Origin: Leucoraja ocellata
Lineage: Eukaryota
Direction: 5' to 3'
NCBI GenBank assembly: GCA_036785375.1
Contig: JAWMAR010001278.1
Location: forward strand, 186,001-250,000
Length of the DNA: 64,000 nucleotides
The notes under the pieces were generated by a model. That model did no database searches, was not told the DNA's origin, and worked only from the letters and a program-made list of their open reading frames with translations. Shown here piece after piece: positions 1 to 10,995 of this stretch. The position numbers were made by a program, and so were the translations under genes. Numbering within the stretch: position 1 is the stretch's first letter; each line of letters opens with the position of its first letter.

Positions 1-238
1 CCCCTTCCTCCAGCAGGGTCAGCAGAGAGAATGGTGATTAAAAAAAAAATTAATATATCTCTGATTTGTCATCGATGGTACAAATCCTCCGCACCCCATA
101 AGGCGGGGGGCGGGGGGGGGGGGGGGGCTCTGAGTGAGGTGGCCAAAAATGACGTCCGTAGGTGGCGGCGTTCTGTCGGAAATCGCAGCACAGTGGGCCA
201 AACGCGGTCAAGATCAGAGATTTAGTAATATAGATAGA
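1..238 (-). mobile_element. 5' end of a non-autonomous Helitron-like element (runs off the window)
   Basis: Minus strand begins A|TCTATCTATATTACTAAATCTCTGATCTTG, similar to the 5' ends at 39659 and 29012. Confidence 0.55.
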
Positions 239-1039
239 TGCAGCACGCAAACAGCATCTGCACTCATCGAGACCGTGCCGAGCATCAACCTGCTACTTAC
301 ACTAATCTGACATCTGTTGCATTCTCCATATATGCTATTATCCCCATATCCCACCACTCCCTCGATTCAAAATTCAGCAGACTAGTCGGGGAAATGCGCT
401 CCACCTCATCATTGAAATTTGCAGGTTGCCGGAAACCGGGCTAAGCCTACGTGGTCAGCATGTGAAAGTGCAAATTCCGCAGTCAACAGGCAGAGGAGAG
501 GACCAAGTGCAAGATTAACTCGGGAACCTTCTGCTGACTGATTGTGGGGTGGGCTGCGCTGAAGGCAAGCAAAGACCAGGACAAACCAGCGCCAGTAACA
601 GGTTACCTCAATCAGGGTGTTTCTTTGAAAGGCCAAGGCAGGGCCGGAATTAGATGAACTAAGCTGTTCCACTTGTGAGGACCCTCTTAATCCCCCACCC
701 CCACGACTGGAGAAAGATTGGCCGCCAACGCTAGTGACTGTGTGATCCCAAGAGGAACACATCGTTGTGAGCTGCAAATTGGTTAACCCACTTTTAATGG
801 AGGAGGGGGGAATGTTTTACGGGTGGTTTGTGTTTAAACGAAATATGAGGTGCTGTTGCCGGCACTTGCGTGTGGCCTCACTCTGTTAATTGAGGAGTCT
901 CATGACAGAAATGAATGGCATGGTAATGGGAAGAGGAGTAAAAATGGTTCGCCACTGGAAGATCGAGTAAGCCTTGACAAGTCGAATGTATGAGCCCTCC
1001 AACAATGTGGTTCCTAATTGGATGATTATATCTTACTGT

Positions 1040-1800
1040 CCATGGTTAGAGTCGGTCCAACAGTCTTTCAATTCTTCCAAGTGCTTCAGTATGAGATTCA
1101 CCCACAGGAGGAAACCGGTTACCATAAAGTACAAGATGGGGCACTCCACCCAGGAAGAGGTGAAACATCATCCCTACATGGGAGTGGAACTTAGCAGTGA
1201 TTTTAAATGGTCTATTCACATCAACCAAAGGATCACCAAGGCTAACAGAATGCTGGGATTGCAGAAGAAAAATATTTATTGTTGTTATAATTAGAATTAG
1301 ATCCTTTATATGTCATTTAACAGAACCAAGTGTATAGCCTGCAAGACTCTGATGAGACCCAAACGTTCAGTATTGCTCTGCGGTCTGGGATCCACAAAAC
1401 AAAACAGATGGGGACAAGTTAGAAAGAATTCAAAATAGAGTTGCAAGGTTTATCGTTGATGATTACAGCAGGGAGTCCAGTATCACTGAAATCCTTGCTG
1501 ATCTAGAGTGGGGAAACTCCTCAAGACCGTAGGACCAAATTACATCTGACGACCATCTATAATGAAATGCATGGGTTTATTCCAAGCAACATCAAGAGTC
1601 ATCATCAATCGACAAATTCATCCAGTGAACCAAAGAGCTGGTAATCGGGGGTTATCAAATAAAACATCATCCCAACAAATAAAGACTGTTATAGGTATTA
1701 ACTGCACCCAAAGACAATTCACAAATATAATCATCTCCACCATGACATTCGCACTGCACCCGACATCAAGACTTTCAAGACCATGCTAGAAACAATCAAT
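1040..1800 (+). mobile_element. Degenerate 3' RT region of a CR1-group LINE distinct from the dominant local CR1s
   Basis: HPYMGVELSSDFKWSIHINQRITKANRMLG, followed by frameshifted YCSAVWDP..LERIQNRVARFIVDDYSRESS. Confidence 0.7.
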
Positions 1801-2051
1801 ATTAAGATGCTGACTTCCAAGGCCCACTTCAATATTTAATTGCGACTTTGCACATGACCCACCTCATATATGCGACAACCCGTGACGTCAAGATACAGAC
1901 ACAGAAACAGACTGCATCTTCTGACTGGGATAAACTGCCCCCACTTGGATATTCTGACTGTGCGGGATCGGTCCTGTTGTGATGCAGACTGGTTGTCGCA
2001 CTGAGTTCATCAACAAGACGATTGATAAATCAACTTTTTTGTTGTCACAAG

Positions 2052-2440
2052 TCAGGAATGACCCAAGGAGACTGTCATCCCTGCCCTCAGTGCACTGTTG
2101 CATTTACCACGGCAGAGTTCCTTACACGGCATTTAAAAAGGCATCCTAAAGCACCCAGACCAATGTCAGCTGGATAACCCAGATTCACAATGTAAACGTG
2201 GGCAGAGTCCGTTCACACCATCTGAAGGAAGGAGTGGAATTGGAAAATCTGGTGATCAACAAGAACGAGAAAGGGGAGATGGCATGAATGTGTCGAATGT
2301 GGGAAGTGTTTCACGTGGGCAGGGAGCCTTCACCGACACCTGTCGATCCAAACCGGAGAGGCCACACAAATGTTCGGACTGTGGGAAGAGCTTCACATAT
2401 TCAGGGGTCCTCCAGAAATACTATTGGATACACACTAGTT
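2052..2440 (+). pseudogene. PRDM9: PRDM9-like terminal zinc-finger exon, decayed
   Basis: After a pyrimidine tract and AG: HPCPQCTVAFTTAEFLTRHLKRH (2076-2144), resembling the PRDM9 post-SET finger (human [24 protein letters not shown]). Stops follow, then two broken C2H2 fingers, HECVECGKCFTWAGSLHRHLSIQTGE / frameshift / RPHKCSDCGKSFTYSGVLQKYYWIHT, each missing one His ligand. Confidence 0.65.
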
Positions 2441-2544
2441 CTCACAGTGCACACATACTCATAAATCTGGTGCACTTGGGAATTTGTTACTGAATGGCAG
2501 ATTTTCCAGGCTATTGCATATTAAAATATTACTTCATCTGCATT

Positions 2545-2832
2545 GTTTAGTTTAGTTTAGAGATACAGCGCGGAAACAGGCAGTTGGCCTATCGAGTCCG
2601 CTGCGACCAATAATTCCCGCACATTAACACTATCCTACACACACTAGGGACAATTTACAGTAAACCTGTACGTCTTTGGTGTGTGGGAGGAAACCAAAGA
2701 CCTCGGAGAAAATCCATGCAGGTCACGGGGAGAACGTACAAGCTCCGTACAGATAGAACCTGTAGTCATGATCAAACCAGGTCTCTGGCGCTGTAAGGCA
2801 GCAACTCTACAGCTGCGCCATCTTGCCGCCCC
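2545..2832 (-). mobile_element. tRNA-derived HE1/V-SINE-like element
   Basis: Reverse strand has a TGGCGCAGC.GTAGAGTTGCTGCC head, a GGAG.TTGTACGTTCTCCCCGTGACC core and a (CTAAA)n tail. Similar copies lie near 7855-8140, 8565-8765 and 34555-34855. Confidence 0.75.
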
Positions 2833-3483
2833 CAAATGTAACCATTCTCATTGTTCCAACGAAGTCGACAAAATCTTGTGGAGCAGCACCACGTCTGGGT
2901 GTGGTGCAATCCTTGAGGTCGTCATCAATATGGGCAATTTCAGATAACTAGCCTTTGCAGTTTGTATCAGAACTGGCCACATCATGTGACTGCAGCCAGT
3001 TCTGATGAAGGTCATTGATCTGAAAATACATTTTTCCGAAGACATTTGTACATGGATAAGAAAGGTCAGAGGGCTATGGGTGAAATATGGGCAATTAGGA
3101 TCAGCTTAGAGGAGGCATCTTGGTTAGCATGGACAAGTTGGGTCGAAGGGTCTGTTTCTACATGAGCGTGAAACATGAACTGTTTCTTTCTCCACAAGAT
3201 GCTGCCCGACTGGATGAGTATTTCAAGCATTTTCTGTCATTATTTCTTTGTTGTATTCTACTTAATGGCTGTCCAGACCCCGAGGTGTAGGTCATCCCCA
3301 GCTTACGGACACATTAAAGTACACATGAGCGAGTGTCTGGCAGATGTGGGATGGATTTACCGGCTGCTGCGGGGCGTCAGGCATCTTCTGCCGTGTGAGA
3401 ACTCTGTTCACGGCTGCATGTTCCGTTTGGGAACGGTTCCCAGGAAGGGAACCCTGCCGTAGCCGGGGGGAATGTCCTGCACC

Positions 3484-3497
3484 GTCTCCATAGCAAC
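3484..3497. promoter_or_regulatory. Candidate RFX X-box
   Basis: GTCTCCATAGCAAC matches the RFX palindromic consensus and lies in non-repetitive DNA about 1 kb upstream of the CpG island. Confidence 0.35.
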
Positions 3498-4466
3498 TTC
3501 TTTATGCATCTAATGCAAGTGTTCTGTCCCAGGCCATCTGTGTGCTTCCAACACAACACCATGCCTCAAAGTCACAACTAGTGCTCTGACTTCCACAGTC
3601 TGCAAGTTTTAAACATCACAGTTTCAGCACAATCTCCCCGTACACCCAATTAACACATGTTGTATGTGGGAAGGAACTGCAGATGCTGGTTTAAACCGAA
3701 GATTGACACAAAAAGCTGGAGTAACTCAGCGGGTCAGACAGCATCTCTGGAGAAAAGGAATAGTTGACGTTTGGAGTCGAGTCAGGAAATTGGCACGAGC
3801 GATACAGATGGGTGTATGATACGATACAGTAGAACTTTATTTATCCCAGGAGGGAAATTGAATATATAGAGATATAGAATAAATGAATGAAAGAAATGTG
3901 AAAAAAAGTAACGATGATAAAGGAAATAGGATATTGTTAGCTGAAGGCTTGGTGAAAACGAGTTACAGACAATGAGACACAACAAGACAACTTTGAAACT
4001 TGTTCAATTACATGGGTAGGGAAGGGAGGGAGAGAGAGGGGATGAAAGCGTTACTTGAAGTTAGATAAATCAGTATTCTTCCCGAAGATAGACACAAAAT
4101 GCTGGAGTAACTCAGCGGGACATGCAGCATCTCTGGAGAGAGGTAATGGTGATGTTTCAGCTCGGAGGGTGGTGATTCTGTGGAATTATTTGCCACAGAA
4201 GGCAATGCAGGCCACGCCAATGGACATTTTGGGGTTATGGGGAGAAGGCAGGAGAATGGGGTTGGCAGGGAGCAATCAGCCATGATTAAATGGCGGAGTA
4301 GACTTGATGGGCCGAATGGCCTAATTCTGCTCCAATCACTTAATACCTGCGTGGGTTTTCGCCAAGATCTTCAGTTTCCCCCCACAGTCCAAAGACGTAA
4401 AGATTTGAATAATAATTGGTTTGGTATAAGTGTAATTTGTCCCTCGCGTGTATAGGATAGTGGTAG

Positions 4467-4875
4467 CGTGCGGGGCGGCTGCATTACTACTGGAGTTGCT
4501 CCACTGCAGCATCTGCCACTGGAGTCCATGACGTAGACAGCTCGCGCCCTCGGCGCACTGTCCGAGACCACCGGGGGGGGGGGGGGGGGGGCGCAGGCGC
4601 GCTGACGTTGACTGAGAGCCCCGCCCTCCGTCAACGTCAGCCAAAGCGAGGATGACGAGAGACTCGCGACGTCTTTTGACGCCTTTTCCCGCCGAGGGCT
4701 CGAGCTGCCCACGTGACCCGCGCTCTGGTTGGAGCCGCTCAGCTCACGTGAGTCGTCGCCAACGGCCGGGGGTGGGGAGGGGGCGGGGCTGTAAATGTAT
4801 AGAGGGCGGGAGAGAGAGAGAGAGAGAGAGAGACGGCGATTAGGCGGGAGGTGGAGTTTAGCTGAGGCGGGAGGT
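4467..4875 (+). promoter_or_regulatory. CpG-island promoter, likely of the PRDM9-like 5' remnant
   Basis: CpG-dense. E-boxes CACGTGA 4710-4716 and TCACGTGA 4744-4751; E2F6-type GGCGGGA/TCCCGCC at 4687, 4805, 4843 and 4866; MYB-type CAACGG 4760-4765; GC box at 4780; CRE-like TGACGT sites. Confidence 0.65.
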
Positions 4876-5346
4876 TTAGCTGAGGCGAGGTTTAGGTTTA
4901 GTTCAGGAGAAGTTATAGTTGAGGTGAAGTTTAGTTGTGAGGGATTAGGGTTAGTGAGGTCAAGTTTAGTTGGTTTAGGTGTGAGGTGAAATATAATAGT
5001 GAGGTGTGTTTAGTTGGGTGATGTTTAATGAGGAAAGTTTCAGCGAGGGGTGAAGTTTAGTTTATTTGAGGTTTATCTGGGGCGAGGTTTAGTCGAGGTG
5101 AGGTTTAGTCGAGGTGAGGTTTAGTCGAGGTGAGGTTTAGCTGAGGTGAGGTTCGAGGCGAGGAGTTTAGTTGTAGCGAGGTTTAGGTGTGAGGAGTAGT
5201 TTTGTGGCGAGGTGTGAGGTTTAGTCGACGTGAGGTTTAGTTGAAGCTAGGGGTTTAATCAAAGCAAGATTTAGCGAGGTGTGAAATTTAGCTGATGTGA
5301 GGTTTAGTTGAGGTGACGTTTGGTCGAGGTGGTTGACGGGTTTAGT
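4850..5346 (+). repeat. Degenerate (GAGGT/TTAGT)n tandem repeat, ~15-bp unit GAGGTGAGGTTTAGTC-like
   Basis: Directly visible, e.g. gaggtttagtcgaggt repeated at 5084-5140. Confidence 0.9.
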
Positions 5347-5620
5347 TCTTAAGCCCTTTGCTCCTCTAGGGAGTATCGGCCATTGACAAGTGTCCTCCAC
5401 CTCACTCGGTTGTTGGTAGTTCTTTCGAGATCTCCCCAGTTGAGCCCACTCTCAGACATTTGTCTGTTCCTGGGGCGACCGCTTTTCCTTTTTCCTTGGA
5501 GGTTCCATTTCAGGGCTTGCCGGGTGATGTTTGTGGCAGGTTTCCTGAGGGTGTGTCCAATCCAACTCCATTTTCTCCTTCAATGCTTCACTCCCTCCTC
5601 TTCCTGTCCAGAGTAGATAA
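5347..5620 (-). mobile_element. RTE-clade LINE 3' fragment
   Basis: Minus strand reads RRKWSWIGHTLRKPATNITRQALKWNLQGKRKSGRPRN, the typical RTE C-terminal motif. Confidence 0.75.
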
Positions 5621-5736
5621 GGTAGCGATGTTACAAAACCTACCTTCAGCAGCGATAGTGGATGACCAGCCATGATCACAATGAATGGCAGTGTTGGGTC
5701 GAAGGGCCGAATGGCCTCCTGCGCCTATTTTCTAAG

Positions 5737-6933
5737 ATGCCGGATAAATGTCCTCTCGGGCCTGGGAATGGGGAAAATGCTGCTGCTCCTTCTCAGACCA
5801 TCACAATCCCAGGAACTGCTGTCAGTGAGGAGTGGATGAGTTCCCTGGGCTCTGGAGTGGATCACTGACATTAATATTGAACCGGGAGGCCATTCAGATC
5901 ATCTCCCTCATCCCCCTAGATGTCTTTCTCTTATCTGACAACTTTCCCCAGCTGTGAGGAAAGAATATCAACCTGAAACATTCACTCAATTTCTACCTCC
6001 ACAGATGCTGCCTGGCTTGCTGATTATCTCCTATTCTATCTCCGACAACTTATTATTTTTTACAATAGTAGTTTTGCAGCAGCCCCTGGGTGCTTCAGTG
6101 TGGGGGAAGCCCATGATATTCACTGTATTCATTGCCAGAAATATAGACACTGATGTCTGTTGGCTGGAAGCTGCAATCTTGAATCTTGACAGGCAACATT
6201 TAGGGTCTGGACCTTTCCGGCAGATCAAGCCTGACCTGTACCCTAAATGCAGTTTCCTCTCTTACTGTCATACGGTTTATTACTTCATAGAATCAATAAT
6301 ATTTTGATATTGCTGGAATGCAATTAACAACTGATTTATTTGAACCCTAGAAAACAACTCCCTATATTCTTTGCGAAGAAATGTCTCATTTCTATCCTGA
6401 AGAAGTTACCCTTTATTTTAAGCTGTTGACACTTTATACTGGAATTGTCCTGTATTTAATAAACAAATGATATTTTAAAATCAGTTTTGGAATTAATATC
6501 TGATTATTTCAGATTATGCACCAAAGTACAATGTTTGTTTTTCCAGGATGTTGACGTTCAAAGACATTGCTGGCTATTTTTCCATGGAAAATTTGAAGAA
6601 ATAAGTGACTGGGTGAAGGTCCGTTATAAGAACATGAAGCAGAATTATGAAGCCGTGCTTGTCATTGGGGTTTGTGGAAAATATTACTTCCCTTTTATTT
6701 GCTTTTTTTTAATGATGCATGCTGATATGAGTTTTTTTCTCCTACATGATATCTAAATGCTTTCTGAGACCAGGTCCTTCCATTTCACTCCACTGGTTTA
6801 CTTTGAGAATGTGTCTGAGGCCGGCCGGCTTCACCCTCAGCAACGCTGCATTGATGCACACGCGGCTCATGCAAGCGGTTTCCCCAGTTTGTGTACGATG
6901 CGCTTGTGACGTGGACCCTGCTCCTCCATCCAC
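5737..6933 (+). pseudogene. PRDM9: PRDM9-like 5' remnant: start exon 5737-5820, ancestral KRAB exon 6547-6669, post-KRAB exon ~6828-6933
   Basis: After ttccag, the KRAB exon reconstructs as DVD[-]FKDIAGYFSME[-]FEEISDWVKVRYKNMKQNYEAVLVIG vs human [42 protein letters not shown]. The next segment GFTLSNAALMHTRLMQAV resembles GLRATRPAFMCHRRQAI, with its acceptor apparently mutated to ccg. A 28-codon phase-0 ATG exon ends at gtcagt. Confidence 0.7.
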
Positions 6934-7264
6934 TGTGAGGTTCCCACGGTAGGCGAGGAAACCGTGTGTGTGTGTGGGACCCCGGTGAGTGTGGGCGGAA
7001 GGGAGAGCGAGGTCAATGTCAGGAAATGGGGGCGAGACGGAAGGAACTGCTGATGCAGGATTACAAATCAACACAGCACTGGAGTAATTCAGTGGGTCAG
7101 GCAGCATTTGTGGAGGACATGGATAGGCCACGTTTCGAGTCGGGACTCTGTGAGGAGGGACTGTTGTGAGGGACAGAGGGTAGGAGGGTCTGAGTTGTGA
7201 TGGACGAGGGTTTGAGGGGAAGTCAGGAGGGACTGAGGGATGGTGAGACAGGGTAAGGAGTGAA

Positions 7265-7622
7265 CAAGTCAAGTCAAGTTTATTTGTCACATACACATGC
7301 TAGATGTGCAGTGAAATTAAAGTGGCAATGCTCGCGGAATTTTGTGCAAAAGACAAACAACCAAACCAACTATAAACACAATCATAACACACATATTCTT
7401 TTACATAATATATAATGGAAGGAAAAACGTTCAGTAGAGTTAGTTCCTGGTGAGATAGGCGTTTACAGTCCGAATGGCCTCTGGGAAGAAACTCCTTCTC
7501 AACCTCTCCGTTCTGACCGCATGGCAACGGAGGCATTTGCCTGAACGTAGCAGCTGGAACAGTCCGTTGCAGGGGTGGAAGGGGTCGCTCATGATATTGT
7601 TGGCTCTGGAGTTGCACCTCCT
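7265..7622 (-). mobile_element. Rex1/Babar-like LINE 3' fragment
   Basis: RCNSRANNIMSDPFHPCNGLFQLLRSGK..RLRRSFFPEAIR with a (CTTGA)n tail; near-identical to 22160-22525. Confidence 0.8.
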
Positions 7623-10600
7623 ATTCCTCTCACAGAACAGCGCTTCCTCATCATCCCTTCCGCAACACGGAACTCCTTCACCCCCTCCACCCACAGTGTA
7701 GCTCTCCCTCCTCACTCTCCCTAATACAATGCAGCATTCCCTCCTCACCACCTCTACCAAAGCACGGTTCTCCCTCCTCACCGCCCCAGGCGGGAACATA
7801 TGCATTCTCGCCCGATGGACAGACTGAGAGAGGACCAGAAAGAAGTCAGAGTTTTTGTTTTAGTTTAATCACAGATACAATGTGGAAACAGGAACCGTCC
7901 CCGCCGACCAGCGATCACCTTTACATTAGTTCTATCCTACACACTAGGGACAATTTACAGTGGCCAATTAATCTGTAAACCTGTCTGTCTATTGAATATG
8001 GGAGGAAACCAGAGCACCCGGAGAAAACACACACGGTCACAGGGAGAACGTGTCAACACAATACAGACAGCACCCATAGGCAGAATCTAACTTGGGTCCC
8101 TGGCGTTGTAAGGCAGCAACTCTACCGCTGTGCCACCATGCTGTCCTTGCGATCCCCCTGTCACAGGTTCAAGGAAGACTGAGCCACTAGGCCAAACCCG
8201 AGACCACCTGCAATGGTCAGGTCTGGACTGCTGGAAAGAAGCCTATACAAGGCTTCAACCTCAGGCTTATAGAGTGGCCTTGGCAAGCCTGAGGTGCCAG
8301 TGATTCTTCTGGCCCACAGACAACGACGGACTGTACCCACACACATACACACAGGCATAGACTGCCCGACAGGATAATCGAGAGACTGCAATCATCACTT
8401 CTTCAAGCCCAAAGGTTGAGCTGCCAGGAAGAAATCTGCACTGCCAGCACTGCTTATGGCAAAGGTGGACTGCAGAAAGAAGCCTGAGGTCGCCACAACT
8501 CCTCCTTTGAAGATCACAGAAATAAGATGTTGGGACAAGCCCGAGATCACCAGCATCTTGCCCAACAGCGCCAGAGACCCAGGTTCAATCCCGACTATAG
8601 GTGCTTGTCTGTACGGAGTTTGTACGTGTGTGTTTCCCCGAGATCTTATGTTTCCTCCCACACTCCAAAGAGGTACAGTTTGTTGGTTAATTGGCTTAGT
8701 ATAAATGTAAATTGTCCCCAGTGTGTGCTGCAAAGTTTCTGCGCTGTTTCTCTAAAGTAAACTAAAAACAATCAATGCTGTTAATGGTCTTGCCATTAAC
8801 TCTACACTCTCTCCTTGTGCCTTCATCCTCCCAAAGTGCGCACCTCACACTTGCTCGGATTAAACTCCGTCTGCCATTTCTCCGCCCATTTCTGCATCTG
8901 ATTTTCATCCCAACGTATCTTCCGACAGCTTACTCTCTGTCTGCAACGCCTCCACACTTGGTGTCGTCAGCAAACTCACTCAGCCACACAGTGGCGGACG
9001 GGGTCTAAAAATATTGGTTGTCAGGAGACAAAGGGGGCCCACCCACAACTACAATGCTATCATTTAATTTTCATAACGAATAAATAACATTTTCAAAAAA
9101 TACATATGGAAAAAAGGGTACAATTAAAATGTTTGTGGAAAAAATGTGTATTTCTTAGTAATTACAGTGTACATGTACTGTACATATTACTGGCAGTCGA
9201 TACCAAATGTCAATACAGAATGTTATAATTGAATTCTTTATTTACTTTTTTACATTAAGTAATTGGTTGATATTTTTAAATAGTTTACTGCACAATTTAC
9301 ACATTAACATAGTTCAAAAGCACAATAGAGCATTGCATGGTCCACTATATTAAGAGCAATTGTTTGTGTTCGCTGATGATTGTGCAAATCTGCCAATAAT
9401 TGCTTCTGCATCCAATTCATCTAACAATTCCTTTTCAATGGATAGCAACATGTATGATTCAAAATTCTCCTCAGACAGCAAATTTCTTAACCTTGTCTTT
9501 ATGATCTTTAGGTTTGAAAATGTCCTCTCACATTGGATTGAGTAACTGATAGTGTGCAGATGACTTTATAAAGTTCATAAAGGTTATCATATGCCTTGTT
9601 ATGAAGTCTGTTGGATGCCAGAATTGTTAGAACACCGATGGGCAAGTGCTGCAAATTTTACAATTGTTGCAACTGGAATCCATATTCTCACCATCATTAA
9701 GCAATAGTTTTTATACATCAAAGTTTGAAGCAAAAGAAAACAATTCCAATATTACTTGATCTTTGCTGATTTGTGGAAACAGCTTAATAATACCTTCCAA
9801 TGCTTCATCTTCAAGGCCCTTCTCTGCAATAGTTTTAAACTTTGCTGGGTCCAAGCAGGACAAATCTTTATACAACTGTTTGTATTGTAGAAAGCGTGAT
9901 TCTAGTGACTGGACAATGCGATCCATTATTGGGTTAAACACATTTACCCCAAAATCAGCGAGAGAATCTGAGGAATTTCTTTCATCATCAATAAGCTCAT
10001 CTGCCATTCTTTTCTTCTTCCTCTGCCTCTTAACTGGCAATGCTGTTTCCAATGCATCAATTTCCAATGTGTGATTTTCATCCATATTCATCTGTGAAAT
10101 TGTATTCAATTGTATTGTATTCAAATTTATTGTCATTGTCCCAATTTGGCATGTGTAATGACAGAATAAATCCTGTCATTACACATTTACAAATTCCAAA
10201 GCCTTGCTGTGAACATTATCAAATGTTCTTGTCTGTTCCTTCAAGTTTGTTGTAGCTGAATCTAGCAAACTCCATGCTGTAAAAATTTCTAAACCACTTG
10301 TCTGTAGATAACTTGACAACAGGGTTGTAGTTTCAAATATATACAAGTAAGTAAATGCTGTCAATATGGTTTCAAACTTTAGAAGACTTTGAAGTAAAAC
10401 ATTTGCTTCATGTTTTGTTTTTGCATCAAACTTTTCTGAATCTTGTATCATTGATAAGCATGTCAATAGATTTACGAAAGTACTGGCAGCGGCATCATCA
10501 AAACGTCCAAATATAGTTGTTGCTGCATTGGATTTTCCTGACCATCTGGTCTCACCAATTAGCTTTAATCGTTTCATTTTTTCTTGTCCTAGATGTTTTC

Positions 10601-10995
10601 CACCAACTTCTATCCATACAGCCATTCTCTTGTATGATGCTTTCATAAAAGTTGCTATATTCTGGAGCAAATTGAAAAAAGAAACTGCAGGCACACAACA
10701 TTTTGTTGTTTCAGTTATCACCAAATTCAAGACATGGGCATAGGACCACATATGAACATGTTGATCAGCCACATCAGCAATTTTACTTTGTAATCCATTA
10801 TACTGGCCATGGTAGCTTGCAGCGCCATCTGTGCTATCGGATAAACATTTTTGGGGGGCGATTTTAAGATGCTGTAATGTTTCAATCAATAGATCAAAAA
10901 GTCCCTGTCCTGTACCATCATTACTTGGCACAACTGAAGGTAGTCGCTCACAGATAATACCTTTAAGCACATACCGAATAATAATGCTACTGATC

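Noticed and set aside
425-735. Possible PRDM9 linker exon after tttgcag (VAGNRAKPTWSA...)
   Set aside because: Only faint similarity to VKPPWMA, and it contains stops; cannot be supported without a search.
8167-8560. Unique-looking segment after an AG acceptor
   Set aside because: No open frame with a recognisable domain; left unassigned.
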